Part shown: positions 1 to 11,812 of the stretch, one piece after another | Position numbering within the stretch: the stretch's first letter is position 1 | Layout of the letters: the number at the start of each line of letters is the position of its first letter | Source: Blepharisma stoltei ATCC 30299 | Lineage: Eukaryota > Protista > Ciliophora | Reading direction: 5' to 3' | NCBI GenBank assembly: GCA_965603825.1 | Contig: CBFDEM010000005.1 | Span: 248,001-312,000 of the forward strand | DNA length: 64,000 nt | Position numbers and translations under genes: made by a program | Notes under the pieces: generated by a model | The model's input: only the letters and a program-made list of their open reading frames with translations | What the model was told of the DNA's origin: nothing | Databases searched by the model: none

Positions 1-1
1 T

Positions 2-919
2 CTAGATGATGCTAGCTGCACTCCAGAAGAGTTAAAAACACTTGAAGAGCTTGATACTCTTGAAATCTTAGAGAACTTAAAAGACTTACTAACTGATCTT
101 CTTAAATTCAAAAAAGATTATAAAACGTCAGATAAAGCTGAACTCGCCAAAAGAAGTGAACAATTTGAAGCCATGCTTCAGAAACTTGAAGCAGAAGTTC
201 GAAATCACATCCGCATTGAACACCAGTTGAAGCTTCACATAGAAACTTCACAAGGCAAAGTCGATGAACTGGAAAAACTTAAAGAAACTGCAAATAAGCA
301 AATTAGGGACCTAGAAATTAGACTTCAAGAAAAACCTGCTGAAAATGAGAAAATTCGTCCAAGCTTGCATAGAGATGCAGATAGAGTTAGGAAAGATTAT
401 GAAGAAAAATTAATAAAACTTGTTGACGCAGGAGAAAAAAGAGAAAAAATCATACATAAACTTGAGCATGAATGCGCAAAATTAAAAAATTTATTCGAAG
501 AAAAATCAAAAGATTGCGAAAGATATAAAGAGGAATTAAATAAGTATAAAGAGAATACAATAAGTAAAGAAAAAAGATTAGAAGGGCGTGGAGGGAATAA
601 CATCGACGATCTAAAGCGAAAAGTCGAAGAAAAAGCGATCGAACTAAACTGAATGCAGCAAAAAATTAAAGGAAGTGCGAAATCTCCCAGCCTGCAAGGC
701 AAAGAAAGGAGAAGTGCCCGAAAATCCTTAGGCGAAATGGAATTAATAAAAAATTCAAGCCCTTATGGAATTCGAAGAGAATACACCGAACCTGCCCCCA
801 AAAAAGATGAAAGACCTGGAACCTCTTTTAAAAAACCCCGAAGCTCTTCAAGAGGTCACATCCGAAGCCACTCAGAGCACGAGCGCCCAGCGAGCTCGAA
901 ACGAATCCCGTTACACTAA
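2..919 (+). CDS. Coiled-coil protein of unknown function, 5'-partial
   Basis: Frame is open from nt 2. ORFs 173-652 and 653-919 are joined by TGA 650-652 read as Trp; ends TAA 917-919. Heptad-rich, E/K-rich sequence. Confidence 0.75.
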
Positions 920-937
920 TTGTTAATTTTAAAAAAT

Positions 938-1720
938 CTATCCAATTAATTCAGTTTTACTACGGTCAACTTTTTTAATGACTCTGATCCAGAGCCTCAA
1001 AATTTCTTCATCTTCATCATGCACCTTCACAAAATTTTTCAGCAAAACTTTATTATAACAGTTAAAATGAGGCTTCAAGCTTCTTTCTTCATAATCTGAT
1101 ATATGTGGGACAATTCCTTTGAACTTTGCTAAATACCCAGGTCCTTCTATTCTCATAGAAATCCTTATAGGATTTCTTGAAATTCTATACAAATACACAT
1201 GAAACATGTTCGCGAAACACTTGGCGAGGACAATAAAAGGGTCATGCCCAATCCTTCAAATCCCTTTGGGCCAATCTGTATTTCCATATCATGAATCAAT
1301 AGGTCCAGAGAACGACCGCAACCCTCCTTCCTCGTCCATGATGATTTCTTTATACTCATGTTTCCTTATTAAATGGTCAATGAGATCTTCTTCATTGCTT
1401 TTACATTCCAGGCATTTAATAAAGTTGTTATATGAACAAGTTTTACAGTGCTGAGGCATATTTAGCAGAGAAATCATTTCCCCACAGCCTTCGAATTTGC
1501 ACGGGACTAAAATTTGGTCTAGCATATTTTCAATCACAATATTCCTGGTCTTGTTTGATATTGAGCTATTGCAGAAAGGACAATTTTGTGTAATTGAGGA
1601 GCAAAGAGAACAGATGCTGTGGCCTGAGCTGCATAAATAGACTGGTGGCGTGTAAACACTCATGCACACCGGACATTCGAGTGTGTCAGCAAATTGCTTA
1701 GTCAAAGACATTTTGTCCAT
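938..1720 (-). CDS. SINA/Siah-like RING E3 ubiquitin ligase (260 aa)
   Basis: RING LECPVC...CSSGHSICSLC...CPFC, then TRNIVIENML and a SINA-type Zn finger PCKFEGC...HCKTC. Two TGA=Trp codons join ORFs 1289-1720 and 938-1207 in frame; ends TAG. Confidence 0.85.
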
Positions 1721-1737
1721 TTTTAATTATATTAGGA

Positions 1738-4392
1738 TTAAAAGTCTTCATCCCAGTTATTAGCAACATTTTTGGGTTTTCTGGATTTCCCTGGAGGCAT
1801 TTCTTCGCTGGCTTCTTCTAAAGATATGATGTCGTTGATGCTTCGTTTGTTTTTCAGGGCTGCCTGGATTTCTCTAGAAAGGTCAGAAACCCTAGGCCTA
1901 TATGGCGAGTCTAGCTGCCGTGACAAAAGTTGGTCTCAATTGAAGCCGTTAAGCCATGGGTGGGCTTTTAAGTTATCTATGCTTCCTCCTGTTCTCATAG
2001 CAGGGTTTTTTGACAGAAGCTGCTCTATAAAAGGCTTTGATGGCATCCTGGGGTCTACAAACGCAGGATAAATCAGTCGTCTTTCAAGCACTTTTTCATA
2101 AATTGCGAAGGGGTCTTCTTCCTCTTCTCCAAAAGGAACTCCACCACACATGAACTCGTAAAGCATGATCCCTACACTTCAATAGTCAACTGCTACACTA
2201 TAGCCTTTCCCTACAATAACTTCTGGAGCCATATAATGAGGTGTCCCAACAATAGTATAGGTGCGGCCATTTACAATTTTAGCAGTCCCAAAGTCAATGA
2301 GTTTTGCGTATCCTTCGTCGTCGACCATTACGTTTTCTGGCTTGAGGTCACGATAAATGATATCACGCTCATGAAGATGCTCTAAAATGACAACTAAACT
2401 TGCTGTGTAAAATTTAGCATCTTTATCGGTGACTAGGTTCAGCTGCCGAAGCACATCAAATAGATCCATTCCTCTTACAAATTCAGTAAGGAAATAGACA
2501 CGTCGAGGGTCTTTAAAAGTTCTGACTAGCTTTAGTATCAAAGTATGGTCCAGCTGTAGCAGAATTTTTCGTTCTAGGACTAAGTTTTCTTGGATTTCAA
2601 ACCTTTCGATTTTCTGCCTATCAACTGTTTTAAGAGCATATAAGTGGCCTTTTTCTCTATGAACTGCCAAAAATACATTCCCAAACATGCCTTTTCCAAG
2701 CACTTTGACGATAGCTAGATCTTGCAGCGTAATGTTATCGTCTTGTAGATCTATTCTTTTTTGCAAATGCTGTCGGATATTCTCATCTATAATGCTCAAA
2801 AAATCTTGCTGGTGCAGAACCCAGCAAGAAACAGGGCCATTTGCTACAATTGTGGCGCTTCTGAAATGATTGAAAAGGACACTTCTTTCTCCGAAATAGT
2901 CGTGCTTTGTGATCGTTCTTACATTGATCCCATCTTTAATTACGTCAACTTTTCCAGATTTTATGATAAAAAAGCAGTCGCCGGGATTATTTTGTTGGAC
3001 GATTACTTCTTGATTGGAAAATTCACGGATTTGTAATGCGCGGATTAATGCTTGGAACCTGTCAGAGCTGAGGCCTCGGAGTAGTTGGACTCTTTTTAGT
3101 ACTGAGTGGGCTTCATTATTTGTGGTGACTTGGCTAAAAACACCTCCAATGCATTCTTCGAATTCTTCACGTGTGCATTCAGCGACTACTGCTTCTCCAT
3201 CAGCGACAACTTCTTCACTATAATTTCCAGATGGAGTATTTGTGATATCTTGATCACCAATGCATTGGAACACGTCAGCACATTCATGCCCATTTCTATA
3301 TGTTAATTTCCCTTTCATTACCATCCATAAGTGCATGCCTTTAGGAGATCCTTGTCTGACCACTACTTGGCCATTAGAATATGTAATTACTCTTAGTACA
3401 TTGATAACCCTATCAGTCTGATCCTTTGTAAGCCTACTCAGAGTGCTTGAGGCATCAATTGCCATCCTCTTCGTATTCTGATATATAATATGCTGCAACT
3501 GGTTACCCAATGCCTTTGTCAATCTTTCTCTGCCAATTGCTACACATTTTACATCATCAATTGCTGATATACTTGCAGTCCTCACACAGTTATAAAGCAA
3601 TGCTTGTTCCCCAAAGAAATCGCCTCTAAACATCTGTCTTATTTCTCTTCCTTCTTGTGTGCAGCTTACGCTTCCTTCTTTCAGCACATAAAACAGATCT
3701 CCAGGGTCTCCTTCGCTCACAATCCTTTCTCCAGGCCTAAATTTCAGTGTAGACAATGACCCTACCAGGGCATCTCTTTGTGCAGGCGTTAAAATCCTGA
3801 AAAGTGGGACACTCTCAATAAATTGCTTATTTTCTTGGTAATTCTGTGCATTAACAGTCTCTACAGCATGTCTGAATGTTTTTCTGTCAAGTCCCCAAAG
3901 TGTTGTCCTTTCTGAAGTTTGAATTGTGGCTGATCTTGGAGAGTCATGCAAAAGTGCCAGTTCACCAAACGAATCTCCAGCACCCAGGGCTTTTACTTTT
4001 TTTCCATTGACATAGATATCTAATTTACCTGAAGCGACAATAAAAAAGGTGTTTCCTGGCTGGTCTTGTTCAAAAACTACTTCAAGTGGGCCTAAGGTAT
4101 AATGCTTCATATGATCAATTAAAAGTCCTCGGTTTTCATCTGCTAGACTGGTGAAGATAAAATGTTTGTTAAGTGCTGTATTGATTAATTCTTTATCTCG
4201 TGAAGTTTTTGGCTTGTCTACTACTAAGGCGTTTGGGGCATCTAACGATACTGAAGAAACTTTGCGGGTATCCACAACTGGCTTGTTTTTCTTCACTGGG
4301 TTACGAGGCATAGAAGAACGGACTGGGATTTTTTTTTCTTCTTCACCAGAAATACTTTTTCGAGGTTGCAAGCGAGATGGTCTTTTGTCCAT
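1738..4392 (-). CDS. PKG: cGMP-dependent protein kinase, apicomplexan-like with four cNMP-binding domains (884 aa)
   Basis: FGELALL/FGEQALL/FGERSVL cNMP cassettes plus one degenerate domain; kinase motifs GKGMFG, YALK, YRDLKPEN, DFG, GTPHYMAPE. TGA 2179-2181 gives DY-W-SVG and TGA 1936-1938 gives FN-W-DQL; ends TAA. Confidence 0.95.
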
Positions 4393-5241
4393 TTTACAGC
4401 AGATAGATTATTTGATAAAATAGGTGAAATAATGGAGTTGGAGTGTGGTATATTCTTAGGAAATTGAATATAATGGGAAAATGAAGGGTGGAAGAAGGGT
4501 AGAAGTAGATGAAATATAGAGAGAGAATAAATTTAGGGAGTATTAAAAATTTGTGGAATTCATGAAAGCAGACAAATATTATTGCTCAAAATGGAGGTTT
4601 ATGCTTTAGAAGTATACAATAAAGTAAGAAACAAAATGATTTTGACTGTGCGTTATAAAGGCTAAAGTTCTTTTATTATTTGAGCTTGAATAAAGATATG
4701 TAAGAGGTGGCGATTCGCAAGTAGAATTTTGGCATAGCTAATAATGTGTGAGCCATATTTATTCATACTAGTAGCATATTTGGTATTTAAATAGAAGCAG
4801 ATAAAATCTTATTGATTTTTTTTGCAAATTTAAACAAAATTTTTTATCATGTGTTTTGTCAGATTAAGAATGAACTTTTTTTAGGGTGCCAAAAATGATT
4901 TGTTTTCTGCATAGAAATTAAATAAGAAAGATAAATTAAATACTAATTTCTTGCTGGAGTTCGCAAAATATCATATAATAGCATTTTTCTATTTAAAAAC
5001 AATTATTTTTTCCCTTTCAATTATCAAAATAATATTTATCTGATATTTTTTTTAAAGCAGTTAAATAAAAATAATTTTGTTCAATTTATTAAGTATCAGA
5101 ATAAGGAATATTTTGAAATCCTTATATTTAATACAACAAAAGCCTAATTTCCAAGATTTCCAAAAATTAAACTAAAATATTAATGACAGTTTCTTTTCCT
5201 CCATATTTCTGTCTTACAAGTTTTTTATTAATATACTCAAA

Positions 5242-7452
5242 ATGTCAATCCAAGGTGTCATTGAATTTGCTCTTCATTTAGAATCTTTTCGCAACGTCGA
5301 CTTATTCCGTCAGGGGCTTTATGGCCTTCGTTTTACACTATACTACACGTTTGATGACGAAAAAAACTTCGCCTTCCCTTACAGTACAAGTTCAAGCATT
5401 TATCCATCCTCAAATCCCGACCCTTATTTTATCGAAGAAATGCGGACACAAGATGTCTCAGTCGAGTCTCGCAAATTCCTCCTCCGATTTTGCGAAGAAG
5501 TCGTCGATTTCAACGAAACTATATATTTCAGAGCTGAAATGGAAATTAAAGAAGACTTCAAACAACAGAATTTCAAATTGCACACAGAATTACTATTTGG
5601 AGACTTAAAAGGAAAACTAACACCAGAAGAGGCGACCCAAGCTGTAATAGATGGGCTGGAAATTGTGACTTTATCTGAAGTTGATTATGTTTTATCCTTC
5701 CCAAAAGGTTTCAAGTCCAGTTATTTTCCTGCTATATTTGATGATGACCATAGCTCAATTTTAAAGGCAACTTTACATTACACTTTGCTTGATTACCACT
5801 TTAGAGGGAACGGGCAAAGTGAAATAAAAAAATCCAATGATATCAGCCAGAGCTTGAGTGAATATTTATTTAAATCAAAAAATGGAGCATCAAAAACATA
5901 TGCGGGCATGGCTGAAACTGATATGATTTACAATAATTTTATGAACCCACTTGTAAAAAGCTATGAAAAATTAAGAGAGCATTATATGCTGATAGCAGGA
6001 AAATTTTTTAATGATAAAGAAAGGGATAAGTATGGAATAATAGCTGTTCCAGAAACTTTGAATATGCCGGGAAACGATTTGCAAGCGCTTTCTCCTAATT
6101 CAAAAGAAAGAAAAGAGACTTTACACAGGTCAGCGCTTTCTACTGAAGATAACGAAGCTGAAGATGAGATTGGGGAAGAAAAAATTAATGAAGAATCTCC
6201 TTTTAGCAGCAGAGTAGCGTCGCATGACCCAAAAGTTATAGCCACAGCGATGCTGATGGAACTAAATACAGTTTCTGGGCAGCTCTTCCAGCTTTGGCAT
6301 CAATTTTTAGACATTTTAGAAAAATCTAAAACAGTTTCATCTATTTTATCAGAAAAAAGACAAATTTTATACAGACAAAAGCTAAGCAATTTTTTGATTA
6401 GAAGAGTCATGAGGTCAAAAGACCTAGGAATGGTCGCTGACGAGTCAAAAAATGAGCAAATGCTCAGAAGTGTTAACCAAAAAAGATATGAAATTACAAA
6501 CAGCAGGCAAAAGCTTCCTCATATTTATGATGAATTTACTTTTGCTGACTTCCAAAATTACCCAATATTGGTTGAAGAACTTTCATTATTAGACGCCTCA
6601 ATTCCTAACGGAACTCTTGAGCTTGCAGGTATTGATTCATCAATGCTTTCAAAAAATAGGAAAAATTCTGGGCTTTCTTCCCATATAATTGTATTTGTGC
6701 ATGGGTATCAAGGAAGATCTAACGATTTGAGAATCTTAAAAAACAGGATAAGTTTGGCTTTTCCTAATACTTTTTTGTTTTCTTCAGTTAGTAATGAAGA
6801 AAATACAGATTTATCAATAGAAGAGCTGGGCCAGAAATTGGCTGATGAAGTTACTGTGTATATAGAAGAATTTTTGACCTATAAGCCTATAGGGAAAATT
6901 AGCTTTATTGGTCATTCTTTGGGAGGTTTAATAATTAGAGCAGCTTTGCCTCTTTTGTCAAATTATACAAGCTATATGCATTTGTTTATGACCCTTTCGT
7001 GCCCTCACTTAGGCGTAATTGAAGGGAGCAATAGTGTTTTGAAAGCTGGGATGTGAATATTAAAAAAAGTAAAAAAATGCCCAAGCTTTAAAGAGCTCAC
7101 ATTTACAGATAAAGAAAATGTAAAAGATGGGCTGATTTATAAGCTTTCTGAAGGAGTAGGCTTAGATTGGTTTAGCCATGTGATTTTGATAAGTTCACCC
7201 CAAGATCATTATATCCCACACTATTCAGCAAGAATTGAGGCTCCTACAAGTTTGGAGCATTCAAAGATTTTGAGGAAAATGGCCAAAAGATTATTGGGCA
7301 AAAGAGAAAGAATTCATAGAATTGATGTACATTATAAAGTTGATGTAAAAACTTTTGATCAGTGGATTGGAAGAGCAGCTCATATTGAGTGTTTGGAAAA
7401 TAATAAGTTCATGGATAGTCTTATATATTTACATCCTGAACTGTTTTGCTAA
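5242..7452 (+). CDS. FAM135-like protein (N-terminal DUF3657-like region, C-terminal alpha/beta-hydrolase DUF676-like domain; 736 aa)
   Basis: N-terminal LHLESFRNVDLFRQGLY; C-terminal VFVHGYQG, SFIGHSLGG, LSCPHLG, SSPQDHYIPHYSARIE, IGRAAHI. TGA 7054-7056 gives GM-W; ends TAA. Confidence 0.9.
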
Positions 7453-8139
7453 GGAATATAAAAATTTGTTTTTATCACTTTTATTTATTTTAATTAAATT
7501 CTAATAGTTAAAATTATCTTAATTTATGCATCGATGTGCAAAGTTTTGAAGAAGTTAAATATAAATTTTTGATTTTTAATTCAAAAATTATTGAATGATG
7601 GCTGTTTAATTAATTATAATTGATTTGTTTATAGTTAAATAACCAAAAAAATCTAATGATTTTTATTATAAAATAAAATTGGGCAAAATAAAGATTGAAT
7701 TTATTTATAAAAATTTTTCGAGTAAATAATTTTTAGGCCTAACTGGATGATCTATTTGTTTGATAATCTAATTTCATATATTAAACTCACAAAAAAAAAC
7801 TGATGAAAAATCAGTCAAGCAATAAGTAGCATTTTCCATTTTATTAAATATTATACATTCATTTAATTGCCCATAGAAAGAAGTCCAGAAATTTCAAATT
7901 AAAAACATCTTCTGAACTATTCTTTTTATCGAATTAAAGGCACTTAGCTCACATTTTATTTTGTACAGTTTGGTCTTCAAGCTTTTTCATAAATTTAAAT
8001 TTCAAGCTATTTTTATTTTCCAAATAAAAAAGTCGATTCCCAAGGATTATATAATTATCATATTAAATAAAATAATTGAGCATTGCAATTGTTTCGTTGA
8101 AACATTTTATCGCTATTTAAGCCAATAACTTTAACAAAA

Positions 8140-8940
8140 ATGTCAACCATTGATAGAAAACCGTGGACACCACAAGAAGACGACGCAATTCGCGAACTTG
8201 TAATCAACATGGGTATAAAAAAATGAAGCCAAGTGTCAGCCATGCTTCAATCAAAGTACAATATTCAAAACAAGACAGGAAAGCAGTGCCGGGAAAGATG
8301 GAATAATCACTTGAATCCAGCCATCAGCAAAGACCCTTGGTCTGATAAGGAGGACGAAATCATCGTCGACTTCCAAAAAAAATACGGAAATTGCTGGTCA
8401 GAAATGGCAAAAGTCCTTCCGGGTCGGACAGAAAATGCAATTAAAAATCGTTTTTATAGCAAACTTAGAAAGTGCTTAAGAAGCTACAATAAGAACCGTC
8501 CAAAAGGTATGAAAATCACTGCATCAATAAAGACGATCCTTAAGGACCAGTATACCGTTGAAATTCTTCTTTCCCATGGCGAAGGGCAAATTCAAAGTTG
8601 CTTAGCTGAGAAAACTGGACCAGATATTGAAAAAATGTCCAATAAAATTTCTCAAAAAATAGCAATACAACCGAAAAATCTGTCTAATAGTGAAAATTTA
8701 GAAGAAGTTAAAGAAGATACAGCCAGTAAAATAGTTGAGAAGAGCCAGTCTTCTCAAGCCGTCCAAATAGGGAATTATTACTCGTTCCCAAGCTCATACA
8801 TTGTTACCCCAAATGCGCCTGACATGCTTTATATGAATTATCAGCAGCAAAACTGATATAATTATCAAAGGGCAATTTGGGCAAGCTACATAACCTCACC
8901 ATCCATTAATCAATTATACAATACTTCTGGGCAGATCTAA
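8140..8940 (+). CDS. R2R3-type Myb transcription factor (266 aa)
   Basis: ATG 8140. Repeat 1 is KPWTPQEDDAIRELV..MGIKK-W(TGA)-SQV..GKQCRERWNNHLNP; repeat 2 is WSDKEDEII...WSEMAKVLPGRTENAIKNRFY. A second TGA is at 8854; ends TAA 8938-8940. Confidence 0.9.
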
Positions 8941-9558
8941 TGCTCAGGATTACTCTTAGAAATATACATCATAAGTATACTAATATTTTTTATATAACCT
9001 TTCTTTTAAATTCGCCAGCTATTTTGTAACAGCCTTAGGAAGAAGTTCAAACCCCTAGTGTACTCAATAATAGTCTAGAGTTTTGATCCTTCTTAAGTTA
9101 AGAATTTTCGAATAAAAGCAATTATATTTTGAATACTTTGAGAAGCTTTATACGATTTTTTTTTCTTGTTGTGAGAATAAAATTCAGCTTTCAATTTAAA
9201 AAGGATTAAGAACTCAGTTAACTAAATATATCTATCTCTTATAATGTTTAATCTATATGGCACATAGATTCTAATTACAAGTTCACATAAAAATTTGCCT
9301 TTCCTTGATTATTTTCAAATCATATTTATATGGGAGCTAGAAATATATAGTTAATATAATAAAGTTTTTGTAGTTTAAGAGATAGCAGTAATTTTTGAAC
9401 TTTAGATGTTGTAAATAGAGCATTTTTAATTAAAAATTTTAGCTTTCTGTGCTATGAATTCTAAAAGTAATAGGAAAACGCATTTATCAAAATATGCGGC
9501 ATAAAATTAATATTTATTATATTTGTAGAGTCTCAAAAACAGCTTTAAAGTAATTATT

Positions 9559-10635
9559 TTAATTATAAGAGAGTGCTGGCAATGTATTTCCTTTCATTAT
9601 TTTCAAATCATATTGGTGCGCTAATTCTAGTTTTGAAAAAATTGGACAGCTGCTCTCATGTCTCGTAAAATTGCAGCAGCTCCAATGCCCAAATTTTCCT
9701 TCATATGTGCAGCCCCCTCCACAATTTCCACAACCGCAATGGCTTTCTGTGCAGATTTTATCTTTCGCGATTAATAAATAAATAAACTTCTCAAATGGCG
9801 TAATTCTTTTGCATCGAGCATGTCAAAAGCCTGTATGATCTGATTTGCACTCACTTTCCTTAATTTCACTTAAACAGCAAGTTCAATGTCCATTCATCCC
9901 TTCATAACCGCAATTTGTCCCTCCTTCTATTTTTCCACATGAGTTGCAAACACATTTAGTAGGGGTACAAATTTCAGAGCATGGGTTGTGCCACTCTCCG
10001 TGATGATCTCTTGGGTTTCCATATAGCATCTTTATTGCAGCTCTATCTCCTGCAGAAAACGTTGTTGCTCTACCAGCTATCTTTCTCAGTTCTTTATTCC
10101 TATCAAAAGATAACCCACACTCAGGATAGTGCATCAACGAAAAATAATCATATCCGCCAATTGGAATTCCTTTAACATCATAATCGAATCCCTCTTCTTC
10201 TACTTTTAAGTGCTCATCTCTATCATTTCTTTGATGTTCATGTATAAATCCTGCACAATGCATCATTTCATGTAAAATACACTCCTCTAGCACTTCTGAT
10301 CCATCAGGGTAGAACTCTGGGAGACTTATTACTTGATCTTGAATATGCAAGCATCCAATATCAGCTTCAGGGTTTCCTCCACTATTATTTTGTATAGAAG
10401 TAACCCAATAAGATTGACTTGATGCCAGTTTGAATACACAATGAGGGAAATTCACTCTATTTCAATGGTTTATTGCTTTATATACCTTTTCAAGCAGTGC
10501 TTGAGATTCAAAAAATTCTATCTTAAAGAAAATTTCTCCGTTCGGTCAGCATAGTCGATATATGTCAGTTAGATCATTGAAACCTTCTTGATTATTGCTT
10601 CCTTTAAAATTCGCCATCATGCAAGCCCCTCCCAT
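9559..10635 (-). CDS. Astacin-family (M12A) zinc metalloprotease with two C-terminal Cys/His-rich repeats, copy 1, intact (358 aa)
   Basis: LC-W(TGA)-PNG, AINH-W(TGA)-N, zinc motif HEMMHCAGFIHEHQRNDRD and Met-turn YDYFSLMHY. Four TGA=Trp codons; ends TAA 9559-9561. Confidence 0.9.
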
Positions 10636-11109
10636 TCCTATAATAAGTCTTTTAAATTATAATCTATTATATTATTCAGATAATTATTAAGAATAGCTCA
10701 AGTTATTCAAAAATATCAAAATTTTAGCTTTATAATTAATTATTATTGATTCAAACTCATATTTATGCTTAAAGAGCCTAATCATATAAGATCGGATTTT
10801 CATATTTTCTGGTTAATTTTAAGTATTTATAAAGGAAACTTACTTATTATAAAAATGGTGAAAATTTTGTAATATAAAAAAGGCTATTTATTCAGAGCTC
10901 TGAGATATCAGTTTCCTTTATTGAATATATAAATGACCGAAATGCTAACTAAAAATAGGTATGGTTTATTTTTTAGTTATTTTTTTTTCGACTTTCGTCC
11001 ATCAACTGGACGAATGTTCTTCCAATAGTTTCTCAATTTTAATCTCTATAAGAAACTTCCTTATTTTTTATTTGTTTCAACAGTCAGTTTTCTATGCTTA
11101 AACCTCATA

Positions 11110-11545
11110 ATCTTCTCAGTTCTTTATTACCATCAAAAGATAATCTATACTCAGTAATGCATTAACGATAACGAAAAATAATCATATGCTCCAATTGAGA
11201 TTGCTTTTATATCATGCAATAAATGTTCAGGCCCTGGCCTCTATTCAGAGATAAGCTATTGTTTCAGCCTGAAGCCAAGTAGCCAAGTAGCCAGAAGACC
11301 AGCAGAATAATACAGATTAAGCTAAGTTCAGAATAGAAACCTCATATCTTCCTAATAAATTTATGAAAAACGCTTAAATTGCAAGCTTAACCATAATAGT
11401 TAAAGAGTTCATCTAGCAATCAGAGAGAATTCTATAGCCTTGATGTTGAAGGTAGCGCTAGGCCTTTATTATATACTAAAATTTAATCCATCGCTTCATA
11501 TCTATCGGGAAAGCTCCGGGAGACTTGTTACTTTGTCACCAATGG
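11110..11545 (-). pseudogene. Degenerate third astacin relic lying between the two duplicated units
   Basis: 11110-11215 (TTCTCAGTTCTTTATTACCATCAAAAGATAATC...CCAATTGAGATTGC) resembles 10082-10180, and about 11490-11535 (CTCCGGGAGACTTGTTACTT) resembles 10290-10335, with indels and unrelated filler between. Confidence 0.7.
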
Positions 11546-11812
11546 AAGGGGAGAGAGTTAGAAATATATAATTATAATAAAATTTATTTATATTTAAGAA
11601 TATATCCCTTTTTATGAGCTTTAAATATTGAAAAAAATGATTTTTAAGTAAATTGTTTAGATTCTCTGTTAGAATAATAGGGAAAAAGCACTTATAAAAA
11701 TATGAGGTATAAAATTAGTCTTTTTAATACAGTTTTAAAGTTGATTATTTTTAACTATATTAGAGTGTTGGTAATATATTTGCTTTCATTATTTTCAAAT
11801 CATATTGGTGCG

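Noticed and set aside
4393-5241. Long AT-rich intergenic tracts (also 7453-8139, 20803-21403, 28258-28890, 35499-36322) as possible IESs, ncRNAs or MITEs
   Set aside because: No ORF, terminal inverted repeat or recognisable RNA structure was found by eye. They cannot be called without read data or covariance-model searches.
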